A DNA stretch of 63,946 nt, filler included, from Octopus bimaculoides (Eukaryota): NCBI RefSeq assembly GCF_001194135.2. It is 9 parts of 9 records of this genome, joined end to end, with 100 filler letters (N's around TTAATTAATTAA, not from the genome) between each part and the next. Parts side by side here need not be neighbours in the genome. Positions count along the whole stretch, not along the records: positions 29,705 to 55,707 come from NC_068985.1; 8 more parts are not named here. One strand, given 5' to 3'. A model generated the notes under the pieces. The model saw only the letters and a program-made list of their open reading frames with translations. It had not been told where the DNA came from and did not search any database. How positions within the stretch are numbered: the first letter of the stretch is position 1; each line of letters begins with the position of its first letter. Below, one piece after another: positions 37,700 through 51,169 of the stretch. The translations under genes were made by a program, and so were the position numbers.

Positions 37700-38614
37700 C
37701 AGGGTGCGGTGAATAAACTCGTCTAAATTACGCAAAAATGAAAATAACACCGACATCTCATTTTAACAGATATATTTACCAAAATTACATAAATATATCT
37801 TGAANNNNNNNNNNAATAACACCGACATCTCATTTTAACAGATATATTTACCAAAATTACATAAATATATCTTGAAATACTAAAGAGTAAATTTATTCAA
37901 CAAAATCGCCATTGGTTTCAATCACGGCTTCCAGGCGACTTCGGAATCTCCTGCAACTCTTCTGGACAGTCTTTTTGTTTAAGTTGGTGAATGCTGCCAT
38001 AATCCTTGCCTTTAGTTCATCTTTGGTGTTACAAGGAATTTTGTTGGTCTCTCACTCAACTGCGCCTCTCACGTTCTAGGGAATTAGGTGATCAGATGTT
38101 AGGGGTGGTGTGGTCGCAGAAATTGTCTGGCAGTGATGATTGGGTTCTCATGCTTGTGTGGCATGGTGCAGAGTCCTGTTGCTTGACGTAGGATCTTCCA
38201 GCAGCCACCCTCTTGACCCAGGGCAGTACTACCTCTTCCAGGCACTTGATTTAGGCCTCTGTGTTGAGTCTGAGGCCTTGTGGGAAGATAAATGAAAGCA
38301 TAACGTCGTCATCACTAGTGATCACTCCAATCACATTGGTGTTGACTGGATGTTTGATTTTTATCACTCTCGGTACATGTCCTCAGATTGCACTGTCCTC
38401 AGATTCACACCCAAACACTCTGAAATGTTCGTATTGGAGCTTTCGGCGCGAATGCCAAAAAGTACAGAATTTCGTTTTCAACTTTCTGGCAGAGTGAATT
38501 GCATCATGGTCCTGTTTTTCTCCCAGACGGTTCCCAACTGTCCCTACTATACTGTGTAATCGTCAAAATCGAAAATAAACTTTTCGCATGCGCGAAATTA
38601 GATATAAAACGGTG
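37700..38614 (-). mobile_element. Internally deleted Tc1/mariner transposon (maT/DD37D-like)
   Basis: TIR-like CAGGGTGCGGTGAATAAA at 37700; minus-strand remnants IRAESSNTNISECLGVNLRTVQ, GVITSDDDVM, QQDSAPCH, PCNTKDELKARIMAAF...RSRLEAVIETNGDFVE*; subfamily from motif resemblance, D spacing not countable. Confidence 0.8.
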
Positions 38615-38941
38615 NNNNNNNNNNNNNNNNNNNNNNNNNNNNNNNNNNNNNNNNNNNNNNNNNNNNNNNNNNNNNNNNNNNNNNNNNNNNNNNNNNNNNN
38701 NNNNNNNNNNNNNNNNNNNNNNNNNNNNNNNNNNNNNNNNNNNNNNNNNNNNNNNNNNNNNNNNNNNNNNNNNNNNNNNNNNNNNNNNNNNNNNNNNNNN
38801 NNNNNNNNNNNNNNNNNNNNNNNNNNNNNNNNNNNNNNNNNNNNNNNNNNNNNNNNNNNNNNNNNNNNNNNNNNNNNNNNNNNNNNNNNNNNNNNNNNNN
38901 NNNNNNNNNNNNNNNNNNNNNNNNNNNNNNNNNNNNNNNNN

Positions 38942-38982
<41 letters not shown>

Positions 38983-40332
38983 ATCTCTTTCTTTCTTTCT
39001 TTGCGTGGTCGCTCGATATGTTAAATACAGTAACGAAAAAAATAATCGATATCATACTCTGGTGTCTTTTAGCAAGTAAAACAACACATCTTAAAATAAG
39101 ACGAGACGATCACAGATGGAACACCTTTCATCTATGACAAAATCTACTTATTCAAAGGTTAACCTGGCGTTTAAACAGCAACAACAGCAAATTAAATAAT
39201 TTAGTTGTTACCACGAATGAAAGAAGAAAAAGAGAGAAGATAGAATATCGATTTCCTTTCTCAGTTTGTTGCTTATTTGAAATTAAAAAATGACTTCTCC
39301 AAGTGAGAATTGAAACCGGATCGCCGATTATGATCTCCGGGATTTATCGCCTGCTCGACGGTGTGAGTCCGCGCATGAGAAAATAATTAATAACCGAATC
39401 AGTTGAGTTGAAACATGTGTTAGTACCACACTAGAAACTGGAAAACTTCCAACAGCAGGTACACTGGGACGTTCTTGATAATGTTTACTAATGTCGCCAA
39501 TCAAAACAACTTAAATAGAGAAACTACTAATGATTTCAACAAATTAAAAGCTATTTTTAATGTCCGTTTTCTGCAAGCGATATCCCTGAAGATTAGATTT
39601 ATACTTGCGCGCGCAGGTATGTATCTCTCTCTCTCCATATATATATATATATATATAAGACAAACGGTAAGGGGAAATTGAACGAATGTAGTTAGAAACA
39701 ACTATTTATGTATTCTGCTTTGTTTGTTCTCAGTAGAAAGAAAAGCTGGCGTTAGTCCGTACTGTATGTATGTGTGTATGCACAAAAATGTATAGGCATA
39801 TATGCTCAGCCATATATACACACGTATATATNNNNNNNNNNNNNNNNNNNNNNNNNNNNNNNNNNNNNNNNNNNNNNNNNNNNNNNNNNNNNNNNNNNNN
39901 NNNNNNNNNNNNNNNNNNNNNNNNNNNNNNNNNNNNNNNNNNNNNNNNNNNNNNNNNNNNNNNNNNNNNNNNNNNNNNNNNNNNNNNNNNNNNNNNNNNN
40001 NNNNNNNNNNNNNNNNNNNNNNNNNNNNNNNNNNNNNNNNNNNNNNNNNNNNNNNNNNNNNNNNNNNNNNNNNNNNNNNNNNNNNNNNNNNNNNNNNNNN
40101 NNNNNNNNNNNNNNNNNNNNNNNGTCGAAGGATTCTCGTAGGACGCGAACCCATATCTCCTGCAAACATGAGTTTTCAGTCATTTATTTATTCTGTCTGA
40201 AGGGGTTTTTAACCCAATAGTTACACGCTATTATTTATAGCTTTATGTGCATCGTGATCCACCGTTCCAAAAAAGAATTATTCTACGTTCACTTAAAGTT
40301 CAGAGATTCTTATGACGTCCACTATACATATA

Positions 40333-40364
<32 letters not shown>

Positions 40365-40491
40365 CAAGGTATCCACAAAGTCTGGGTACATGGGGATTAA
40401 CACATAATTTAAGAAATTATTATTTCTTATATTTAATTGTTTATGTTATGATTTTATTTACTCCATGTACCCAGACTTTGTGGACACCCTG
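40365..40491. mobile_element. 127-bp Tc1/mariner-type MITE with TA TSD
   Basis: 29-bp TIRs CAAGGTATCCACAAAGTCTGGGTACATGG / CCATGTACCCAGACTTTGTGGACACCCTG (27/29), with TA on both sides. Confidence 0.92.
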
Positions 40492-40504
40492 TATATAAAG
40501 GGTA

Positions 40505-40835
40505 TGGTAAAGACCCCTTTCGGTCATGAATGACCATGGGATTGCACTTAGAAATTTACCCCCCGAGCCACAAATCCAGTCAAGGTTGTTTATGGTAGAC
40601 CATAAGCAACCTTGAATACCAGCCCCACCTCTCCATGCCACCGATGTAATCCAAGAGAAAGGCAAACCCCAATACAGCTTGGCACCAGTGACGTCGCAAC
40701 TCATTTCTAAATATGAGTGAACTGGAGCAACGTGAAATAAAGTGTCTTGCTCAAGAACACTATACATAGCCAGGTCCGGAAATCGGACTCATTTCTTTAT
40801 GATTGTTAGCCTGACGCTCTAACCACTGAGGCGTA
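40505..40835 (-). mobile_element. SINE family E
   Basis: tRNA-like head CAGTGGTTAGAGCG + GTGTTCTTGAGCAAGACACTTTATTTCACGTTGCTCCAG core, distinct tail. Confidence 0.7.
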
Positions 40836-41932
40836 CGCCATCACACGCGCACGCGCGCAAATATGATGATGATGATGATGAAGGCTGTCCACTCGTAACC
40901 GAGGAAGAACATCGCTGACCATTGCTCGTACAAAATGCCAGCAATGCCTGTGTATTGGGTTATCGCACCCGCAGTTGACTTCACTCGTGTTCGCGCCCGC
41001 TGTTTACATGCTCACCACGGTGCCCTCTGGCTCAACCGGTGATTGCACAATCTAAAGTTTTAGGTCCAATAAAGCTTGCACAACTTATCACAGGCCCTCT
41101 CCTCCCTACTAACATGATCCAGAAACAAACCAGAACAAGATATCCTGTACCAATATAGGTCGTAGGCTCAGGGACGTAGTAGCACCGTGATCTCAAGCGC
41201 AAGTAAAAGGTCCCCGAAATGTTTAATGCCATTCCCTGCATATCTGTTTTTTTTTTAAATTTTTATCGGAATGACCTTCTCCTAAAGACATGCTGTAACA
41301 AAAGGTGAGGTTTGCCTCACTCCCAGTGGTCTTCCAGCATGCCGGACACCAGCCCGGAATTTCTGATAGCCCGTACTATTGCTAGATAGCTGTTGAGCCT
41401 ACATCCATCCTTTTAACAGGTCTTGTTTTCAGTCTTGTTGGTTTTCTAGCAACCCTCTTCACCAGGCAGGCCGGTTTAGTCACCAACGACCCGACCATGT
41501 AACATATGCATATATATGTTGGGATAATGGTCCTGGTGGATCACTTTCGTTCCACGGGGAAGAATCAGTCGTTCAATCACCTGAATTACTCCTGTATTAA
41601 CGTGTTAGTGGCTGAGTATTTCTTGTGCGTCTCTAATTTTATTCTCAGGTAGAACCAGTGTAACACAGTTTGTCAAGGTTATGTCATTCGAGTTACGGGT
41701 ATCATTCTGAATCCAAAAGCTATTGAGTACGGCAAGTCTTATATTGATTCTTTAGATTTCACAAGAAGAGTGGGGCGATGGGAGTACTCCAGTTTATGGT
41801 ATGGTCGTCTAGTATGTTAGGACAAATATGCGTTCATGAGAGCAAGAGCAGAAAACATCACTCTTACAATTTAGACAGGTACTTAGATGGAGAGATTTAA
41901 ACACATATATGAAGTGCGGTAGTGGTGGTGGT

Positions 41933-42145
41933 GGGGTGCTGAAAAGTTCCTGGCTTTAAGGATATCACGAAAGCCTTGATTGGAAGCCCAACTTTCCAAG
42001 TTCTTTTACGGGCCTTAGAAAAACTGAAGGACCACTGCAATAAGTGTGTGAATCTGAGAGGAGAATAAGTTGAATAAAATCATAATTAACTGATCCTTAT
42101 GTATTTTCTTTTACCCAAAGCCAGGAACTTTTCATCACCCCCTCG
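41933..42145 (+). mobile_element. Mariner-derived MITE retaining transposase C-terminus
   Basis: TIRs GGGGTGCTGAAAAGTTCCTGGCTTT / AAAGCCAGGAACTTTTCATCACCCC; right end ...CCTCG-TA. Confidence 0.75.
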
Positions 42146-43604
42146 TACATGAACACAACCATACATGGTTTTAAAATTGCCCTTCCCACCATTCTTCATC
42201 CACTCTGCACAGCTCTCTCCCAGCCAGCTCTCTCCCAGCTGCAAACACATCTTACAAGCAAATATTTCCCATACCGCGATGGTCTTTTGTTCNNNNNNNN
42301 NNNNNNNNNNNNNNNNNNNNNNNNNNNNNNNNNNNNNNNNNNNNNNNNNNNNNNNNNNNNNNNNNNNNNNNNNNNNNNNNNNNNNNNNNNNNNNNNNNNN
42401 NNNNNNNNNNNNNNNNNNNNNNNNNNNNNNNNNNNNNNNNNNNNNNNNNNNNNNNNNNNNNNNNNNNNNNNNNNNNNNNNNNNNNNNNNNNNNNNNNNNN
42501 NNNNNNNNNNNNNNNNNNNNNNNNNNNNNNNNNNNNNNNNNNNNNNNNNNNNNNNNNNNNNNNNNNNNNNNNNNNNNNNNNNNNNNNNNNNNNNNNNNNN
42601 NNNNNNNNNNNNNNNNNNNNNNNNNNNNNNNNNNNNNNNNNNNNNNNNNNNNNNNNNNNNNNNNNNNNNNNNNNNNNNNNNNNNNNNNNNNNNNNNNNNN
42701 NNNNNNNNNNNNNNNNNNNNNNNNNNNNNNNNNNNNNNNNNNNNNNNNNNNNNNNNNNNNNNNNNNNNNNNNNNNNNNNNNNNNNNNNNNNNNNNNNNNN
42801 NNNNNNNNNNNNNNNNNNNNNNNNNNNNNNNNNNNNNNNNNNNNNNNNNNNNNNNNNNNNNNNNNNNNNNNNNNNNNNNNNNNNNNNNNNNNNNNNNNNN
42901 NNNNNNNNNNNNNNNNNNNNNNNNNNNNNNNNNNNNNNNNNNNNNNNNNNNNNNNNNNNNNNNNNNNNNNNNNNNNNNNNNNNTTCTGGATTATTTTTCC
43001 TGTTTTTTTTACTTAATTTTTGAGGGCGGTCAGGTTCATTTTTAGTATTCTCATTTGTGAGAGAGAGCAGTCGAGTTTATTTCAGATATTCTCATTTTAA
43101 AAATCATCTCTGGCTAATCGTTGAGAGGACGTTGGTGTTGCTTTGGTGGAGGTTTGCGCTCTCTGAGTGCTCTTGTTATTATTACCTCTACTGCTTCTAC
43201 TACTACTACTGCTGCTGCTGCTGCTACTACTACTACTGCTACTGCTGCTCTATAGTTTCATTAGTATTGCAGACTTTCACTGTCTCTTGACTACCGAGCG
43301 CAGCACGTATTATTTTGTTTCACTTCTTTATTTCCTCTCTCTTTGACGATACTTTCGGCAATATTTATGTGCAGTGATACATCAGAGTTATTTTCTGTAA
43401 GATGTGCATATTTGTGAGACCTGGGGTTTGAAATATGTATTTGTCTATTTTCTTTACCATTCCCAAGGCACTTATTATTATTATTATAGAAAATATTTCT
43501 GTTTTCATTATTCACATTCTGGTTATCTCTATTTTCGAATAGTTATCTTTGGATTATTTCTACATTTCTTTGAGAGATACAGTATTATCGTCTGTTGAGA
43601 AAGG

Positions 43605-43630
43605 TACCGTCTTTACCGGCGTATAAGATG
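43605..43630 (+). mobile_element. Possible solo pogo-like TIR
   Basis: TA-CCGTCTTTACCGGCGTATAAGATG resembles pogo/Tigger termini; no partner found. Confidence 0.25.
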
Positions 43631-44699
43631 CGCTTTTCATATTTTTAAATGTGTCCAAAAATAGCTCAGTGTCTGATGTAGCCGTATTCCAGATGGGAGA
43701 CTGAGTGCCGTACGCTTGGGATTCGAATGAGCATAAGTTCGCTAGGCACAATAATTGTTACAAATAATAAAATATTGAAAACCAAAACATCTCAGTCTGT
43801 AAGCGCAAACTTATGTGGAGAAGTAGCATCATTTCATTATATCTCTTATTTCAGCATATATAGTTCACACACGATATGTATCATATCGTTTTGTTATCTT
43901 TAAGAACTTCTATTGTCTAAATGAAAAATTCACCATGAACGATGAAAGAAATATTAAAGTTTCATCCACCTATTACCTATTTGCAATGAATGGATGACAG
44001 CAAAACCATAGCTATGGTGTGCCCTGCTGGTGGCCGAACGCGGTTACACGCAACATCACGGACAGAAACGCTATTTTCACATCCTGTCTTTCAAATAAGC
44101 ACGACGCCTTAATGATGATGATGATGATGATAAATGCCCTGATGCAGTACCAGGCTGAGGCTCGCATGGCTTCTGATCTTAACTGATTGGAAGTGTTATC
44201 ATGTACACGTTTTGTCTTGGTTTAAAAGATAGGCTACAGCAAATATTCTGCCTAGTATCACAGATTTGCTTGTCAGTTGCTTGACCTTAACCACTTGAGC
44301 ATGTCCCTTAGTGGCTGACAATATGTACGTCTCTGATTATGAGCAGAAGTAGTGGAGGAGCACCATAGCCATGTGCTGAGAGGGTTTCTTTGGGGTTTGA
44401 ATAATTCACGCCTGAAAACATGGGTGTTTCGTTCAACATCCTTAAACAAACCACATTCAGGGACCTTTTGAGCTGGATGGGCTACTCGACCTGAAAAAAA
44501 TTCTAACTGAGCCTCACATGCAAGGTCATATACTGCTTATCTTGATATCAGATCACCGTGTCGCGCACATATGGTTGTGATGCATGTACCTGGTGTACTC
44601 TTGTCAGACAGGTAGCCACGATGGGTATACTTGTACCCCAGTGTCATTTTGATGGCTTGCATTGCTCTCTCACTCAATAATAATGAGATTTAATAATTC

Positions 44700-44912
44700 T
44701 TTCTACTATAGGCACAAGGCCTGAAATTTTGGGTGGAAGAGACTAGTCGATTACATTGACCCCAGTGTTTAATTGGTACTTATTCTATCGATCTCGGAAT
44801 GATGAAAGACAAAGTCGACTCCATTGAGCTCAGAAAGTAAAGTCGGACGAAATACTGCAAAACATTTTGCCTGGCGTGCTAACGATTCTGCCATCTCGAC
44901 GCCTTGATGATG

Positions 44913-44943
<31 letters not shown>

Positions 44944-45166
44944 CATTCATTTCTACTCTAGACACAAGATCTGAAAATTTTTAGGGGAGGGTTTTATCAT
45001 CATTATTATTAAGGCGGCTAGTTGGTAGAATTGTTAGCACGCCGGACGGAATACTTAGCAGTATTTCGCCTGTCTTCACGTTCTGAGTTCAAATGGCGCT
45101 GGGGTCCGATGTAATCGACTTACTCCTTCCCCCAAAATTTCAGGCCTTGTGCCTATAGTAGAAAGG

Positions 45167-45207
<41 letters not shown>

Positions 45208-45438
45208 GGCGGTGAGCTGGCAGAATCCTTAGTACACCTGGCGAAATGCTTAGTGGTATTTTGTCTGTCGCTACGTTCTGAGTTCAAATTCTGCCGAGGT
45301 CTACTTTATCTTTCACCCTTTCAGGGTCGATAAATTAAGTACCAGATACGCACTGGGGTCGATTAAATCGACTGGTCCCTTCCCCAAAACTTTCAGGCCT
45401 TGTGCCTATAGTAGGAAAGATTATTATTATTATTGTTA

Positions 45439-45496
<58 letters not shown>

Positions 45497-45890
45497 AGCA
45501 GCGAGCTGGCACAATCATTACCGCTCCGCGCAAAATGCTTAGCGATATTTCGTCCGACTTAACGTTCTGAGTTCAATTTCTACCGAGGTTGACTTTGCTT
45601 TTCATCCCTTTTGGAATCAATACAATAAGTACCAATCGACAACTGGGGTCGATGTAATCCACTTGTCCTCTACCCCAAAATTTCAGGCCTTGAACTTATA
45701 ATAGAAAAGATTATTAAGGCGACGAACTGTCAGAATCATTAGCTCAACGGACAAAATACTTAACGGCATTTCTTAACGGCAGTTTTACGTTCTGAATTCA
45801 AATCCCGCCAAAGCTGACTTTACCTTTCATCATTTCAGAACAGTCGAGAACTGGCATTGATGTAGTCGTCTTCCTACTCCCCGTTTAATT
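44700..45890. mobile_element. Stack of five SINE A copies (one minus, four plus) separated by (ATT)n
   Basis: Minus copy at about 44700-44905; plus copies start at 45013, 45208, 45498 and 45718. Confidence 0.88.
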
Positions 45891-45921
45891 GCTATTTCTA
45901 TTAGTATCCTTGAACGTTCAG

Positions 45922-46305
45922 TGGAGGCGCAATGACCCAGTGGTTAGGGCAGCGGACTTGCGGTCATAGGATCGCGGTTTCGATTCTCAGACCGGGCGTT
46001 GTAAGTGTTTATTGAGCGTAAACACTTAAAGCTCCACGAGGCTACGGCAGGGGATGGTGGCGAACCCTGCTGTACTCTTTCACCACAACTTTCTCTCACT
46101 CTTTCTTCCTGTTTCTGTTGTGCCTGTAATTCAAAGGACCAGCCTTGTCACACTGTGTCACGCTGAATATCCCCGAGAACTACGTTAAGGGTACACGTGT
46201 CTGTGGAGTGCTCAGCCACTTGCACGTTAATTTCACGAGCAGGCTGTTCTGTTGATCGGATCAACTGGAACCCTCGACGTCGTAAGCGACGGAGTGCCAA
46301 CACAA
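45922..46305 (+). mobile_element. SINE family C, full length, 12-bp TSD
   Basis: TSD CTTGAACGTTCA (45909-45920) / CTTGAATGTTCA (46306-46317). Confidence 0.92.
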
Positions 46306-46609
46306 CTTGAATGTTCAAGCAAACGGACGTCTATTCCCAAAAGAAATTTCAACCCGAATTTCAAATATTTTTCTTGTTTGCAAAAAAGGCTTAGGTATAT
46401 ATAGACGTGTACCCCATTATTCTATGGTTAAACGATTGTTTTTAAGATTTTATTTTTTTATTTATATATTTTCTTTGATAGTAGCCATTTATTATTGGTA
46501 CACAAGGTTCAAGTAACAGGAAAATTGCTATTCGCTTCACCGATCCCGAAAGAACGAGGCCAAGTCTACTACACTGGCAGGATTTGAACTCCAAATGGGA
46601 TCTTTTTGG

Positions 46610-47280
46610 TTTGACGGGCAACACTTGTTTTCTTAACGAAACACTTTCAAACTTGGGACACTGGTAGAATGTGTCATACAAAACAACTTCTTCTCTTAAC
46701 CTTCTTAACAAAAAATTGTACATCGCAAGTTATCTTATGTTAAAGTTGTCGTATTTCTGTAATTTCAACCAATCACTAACGTCTATTCAGCTGAATACAG
46801 TTACTGCTGTTTTGTAAACAATAATTTTTTTGCCGGTGAGAAAAATGTTATTCCCTGTTGACATATTTCATCCGGTTTTTTGGTTTGTTTTCTTTTGAAG
46901 CAGACAAAATTACAGAAAAATGGTAATTTATACGCATATATTGTTTATATAATAAATTACACTGTGCGTATCTGTGTTTGTAACAATTTTTCGCTAATTG
47001 AAAAAATAAACAACACACGTGTCTACGAACAGTCTAGTTAATCGGAAATGTCAGAACTAACAGGGATTAATACCATATACATCGCCACGGCAGTAACTAT
47101 ATTCAACTAATTAGACGTCAGTGATTAGTTTAAATTATCGAAATAAGACAATTTTTAACATGAAATAACTTCGAATACAAAAATTTTTATCTGTTCTATA
47201 ACACAAAATATACAAGTATACGAAGTTTGAAAGTGTTTCGGTACCAAAAACACTACATAAAACATAAATGAAAAATGTTT
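46610..47280 (-). mobile_element. Foldback/MITE-like repeat, copy 2
   Basis: Reverse-complement match to 33610-34195. Confidence 0.65.
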
Positions 47281-47708
47281 CCCGTCAAACCAAAAAGATC
47301 CTCGAAATGCAATGAGACATAGCTATAAGCTGTTTTGGAATNNNNNNNNNNNNNNNNNNNNNNNNNNNNNNNNNNNNNNNNNNNNNNNNNNNNNNNNNNN
47401 NNNNNNNNNNNNNNNNNNNNNNNNNNNNNNNNNNNNNNNNNNNNNNNNNNNNNNNNNNNNNNNNNNNNNNNNNNNNNNNNNNNNNNNNNNNNNNNNNNNN
47501 NNNNNNNNNNNNNNNNNNNNNNNNNNNNNNNNNNNNNNNNNNNNNNNNNNNNNNNNNNNNNNNNNNNNNNNNNNNNNNNNNNNNNNNNNNNNNNNNNNNN
47601 NNNNNNNNNNNNNNNNNNNNNNNNNNNNNNNNNNNNNNNNNNNNNNNNNNNNNNNNNNNNNNNNNNNNNNNNNNNNNNNNNNNNNNNNNNNNNNNNNNNN
47701 NNNNNNNN

Positions 47709-47752
<44 letters not shown>

Positions 47753-48336
47753 TGTGTGTGTGTATTTGTATGTATATGTATATATTTGTGTCTGTTTGTC
47801 CCCACTCCATCGCTTGACAACCGATGTTGGTGTGTTAACGTCCCTGTAACCTAGCGGTTCGGTAAAAGAGGCCGACAGAATAAATACTAGGCTTACAAAG
47901 AATAAGTACTGTAGCAAATCCGTTCGACTTTCAAGTAGCTGCTCCAAAACGGTCACAGTCTGATGATTAAATGAAGACATGTTACAGAATGGGAAACAAG
48001 TTAAATAACTCATATAAAAGTGGATCTGAGTAGTCTCCCTTGTTCATAATAATTTATACTGATTTGATTTACTTATTTACCTATTATAGAGATTGCTCTA
48101 TATAAGGCTGACCCTTGACTTTTTCTACTCAACAGTGTTATTCAATCCAGTGTTTATATACTATTTATAGATTTATGTGTTTCGAGTTCCACTGTTCCAA
48201 AAACAAATTATTCATGTTCTCTGGAAAGTTTATGAAGTTATGATGACATCAACAACTTATATACATACATATATTTATTTATTTATTTATTTATACATAC
48301 ATAAATACATGTACATTTAATACATTTATTTCTGAA

Positions 48337-48736
48337 GGTGGCTAGCTGGCAGAAACGTTAGTACGCCGGGTAAAATGTTCAGCGGTATTTCCTATGTCTT
48401 TACATTCTCAGTTCAAATTCCGCTGAGGTCAACTTTGCCTTTCATACTTTCGGGGTCGATAAATTAAGTACCAGTTGCGTACTGGAGTCGATCTGATCGA
48501 CTGGTCCCTCCCCAAAAATGTCGGGCCTTGTACCTAGAATAGAAAAGAATGTTACCATCGGGATGCGGCGAGATGGCAGAAACGTTAGCACGCCGGGCGA
48601 TGTGCATAGCGGTATTTCGTCTGTCTTTACGTTCTGAATTCAAATTCAGCTGAGGTCGACTTTGCCTTTCAGCCTTTCAACGTCGATAAATTAAGTATTA
48701 GTTGCGTACTGGGGTCGATTTAATCGACTGGCCTCG
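48337..48736 (+). mobile_element. Two tandem SINE A copies; the second has a 19-bp TSD
   Basis: TSD AAAAGAATGTTACC(A/G)TCGG at 48543-48561 and 48737-48755. Confidence 0.88.
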
Positions 48737-49289
48737 AAAAGAATGTTACCGTCGGTTTCGCGCTGAATATTGCACTAGACAATATTCAGCGCGATGCGCT
48801 GTGTTCTTGAGCAAACCACTTCGTCTCACGTTGCTCGGTGATCACTTTGACACCTGACGTGTGGCACACAGTGCACCTGTTCACTATATTGCAAGAAGTT
48901 ACAGAACCGTCTTTCTCTGGTCTATGAATGATTATTACCCATACATTGACTGGCTCGGTGTGTGAGTTCATGCATGCAAAAGAACCAGTATTAAAGGGCT
49001 TTGTCAATAGGTGAGTACACGCTATTGATAATGCCCAACCAGAAAGAAATGCATCTGGCGTTCTCGCTCGCCGCTGCTTGGATGATTTCCGTCTTCTTCC
49101 AATATATATTGTGTTTTGAAACACTTCATGTCTATGGGAGGTGTTATCCCTAGGCGAATACCGCAGTAAATTTCCTTTCAGCAATGTATTTACATTAAGT
49201 ATGTTACATAATTGTATTTATAAATCGTCGTCGGCTTTATCTCGTATCCGAAAATTTTGTTTCTCTTTTGATGATCGCTCCTCTTATGG

Positions 49290-49960
49290 TAATGGCGTTG
49301 ATGACTAATTAGACCAATCCTTGCATAGAAGAGTCGATGGTATTGATCGTATGGTAATGTTGGTGGAAGACGAGGTTGATTTTGTGGACCTTTTCTCTCT
49401 TGTCTGATTTCTTCGTTTTCTCTTCTGGAGGCTTCGAAGATTTGGTTCCAATAGTGATAGAACACTACCAGTTCGTACGGTCTTGGGCTTGCGTTTCAAA
49501 TGATTTAGGCTCCATTCCAGCTTTAATGTCGTTTTGAGTAGGTCCTTGTATCTTCGAAGAGAGCAACTCCGTGGTCTTTTCCTTGAAGTGAGCTTCCTGA
49601 ATAAGACATCGCGTGGGATCCTTGTTTTTTTTTTTTTCCATTCTTGCTACATGTCCTGACCATCGAAGACAGTGTTTCATGATCAGTAATTCGGTGCGTT
49701 GACTGTTGGCTCTGTCCAGGACTTTGCTGTTGGTCACAGTATTCTCCTTTGATGGTCGTTGCTTGTCGTGTTGGAGGAGCTTGCATGGACCAATGACTTT
49801 GAGAGCGATACCGTCAGAAGTTCTAAACTCCTGATAGGGGGTAAGGGCGAAGCATGAACAACTGCCAAAGACCCCCAACGGTGGAACAAACGGATGATGA
49901 TTACAACAGATCTCAGCGCTTGAAATCAATGGATTAAAAGGGCTATGCATGACGGACATG
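49290..49960 (-). mobile_element. Decayed RTE (BovB-like) LINE 3' fragment
   Basis: VTNSKVLDRAN...CLRWSGHVARME...QDRTNW and terminal YARIGLISHQRH motif. Confidence 0.78.
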
Positions 49961-50502
49961 CTACAGAAAGAGCCACTCCAAACTATAACTGGGTCAGTGG
50001 CATTCTATTGCAGTTTCATAACTGGATCCTACGTAACTCGTTCTATATGTGCCGCAGAGGAAGTCATAAAATCAAGAGTGATAGGTCACTTTCTGGTAAG
50101 CTGAGATCCACTTTAAACAAATTTAAGCCATCGACACTCTCTTTTACGCTGAAAGTGTGTGCGGGTATATATACATATATATACATATATATATTCTTTC
50201 CTTTCCTGAGCGTCCAGTAACACAATATCTGTATCACGTCCACGCGTTGTTGTTTTTTGTTGTTTTTTTTTTCGTCGTTTTTCTTCTTTGAACTCCCTAT
50301 ATATATATATATAAACTGGTTTCAGCCATTGGGTTGCGACCACGCTGGAGCACCGCCCTGAAAGGTTTAGTCAAATAAATCTACCTTACTACTTATTTTA
50401 AAGTTTAGTACTTATGCTATCGTTCTCTTTTACCGAATTGTTAAGTTATGGGAACGTAAACAAACTAACATCGGTTGTCAAGCGATGGTAGAACACACAC
50501 AC

Positions 50503-50539
<37 letters not shown>

Positions 50540-51169
50540 ACGAGCTTCTTTCTGTATACTAAATCTAGTCATAAGGCTTTGATCAGACCAGGACTATAGT
50601 TCGTTGCTATTATGTTAAATTGTATGTCCAAATTTGGTCAAATGCGTTTTTTTTTTACCAATATTTAATTTTGCTTGCAGTAGCCGGTTCTTTTTGTCAA
50701 ACTGTCGTATCTCCAGCTGCTTCAGATAAAAAAATTGTCAAATTGTAGTACAACGGTTTAGCATTTTTCAAAGGTGTAGTAAGCCCCACATACGACAGTT
50801 TTGCAAAAATATTTCTGACTAAAAATATCATACATGCATGGAGTTACGATTTTATGCACACAACAAAGTATTATTGTTAAGCTGATGTAAAAAGAAATGG
50901 AATGGTAAAACTATTTTTTCGTTTTCTGAAAAAGCAGACGTTTGGGACTTACGACACTTTTGCATGATAACAACGAGTGGAAGACACTTGCCTTAGGTGC
51001 CATGTAGTAGGACTGAACCCAGAACCATGCAGTCGGGAAGCAACCTTCTTACCACAAAGCTATGTAAGAAATTTTAATTAAAATTTTTAACAAGATTCAA
51101 TCACTAGTTAATTGCGTTTTGGAGTAAACCATGTCACATGAAGGACGTACCCATCACTCACTCCATCAT

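Noticed and set aside
37741-37875. Direct repeat of about 62 bp either side of a 9-N gap
   Set aside because: Typical unmerged contig overlap
41000-41500. Possible RTE 5' UTR/endonuclease start on the minus strand
   Set aside because: Too decayed to support with a motif
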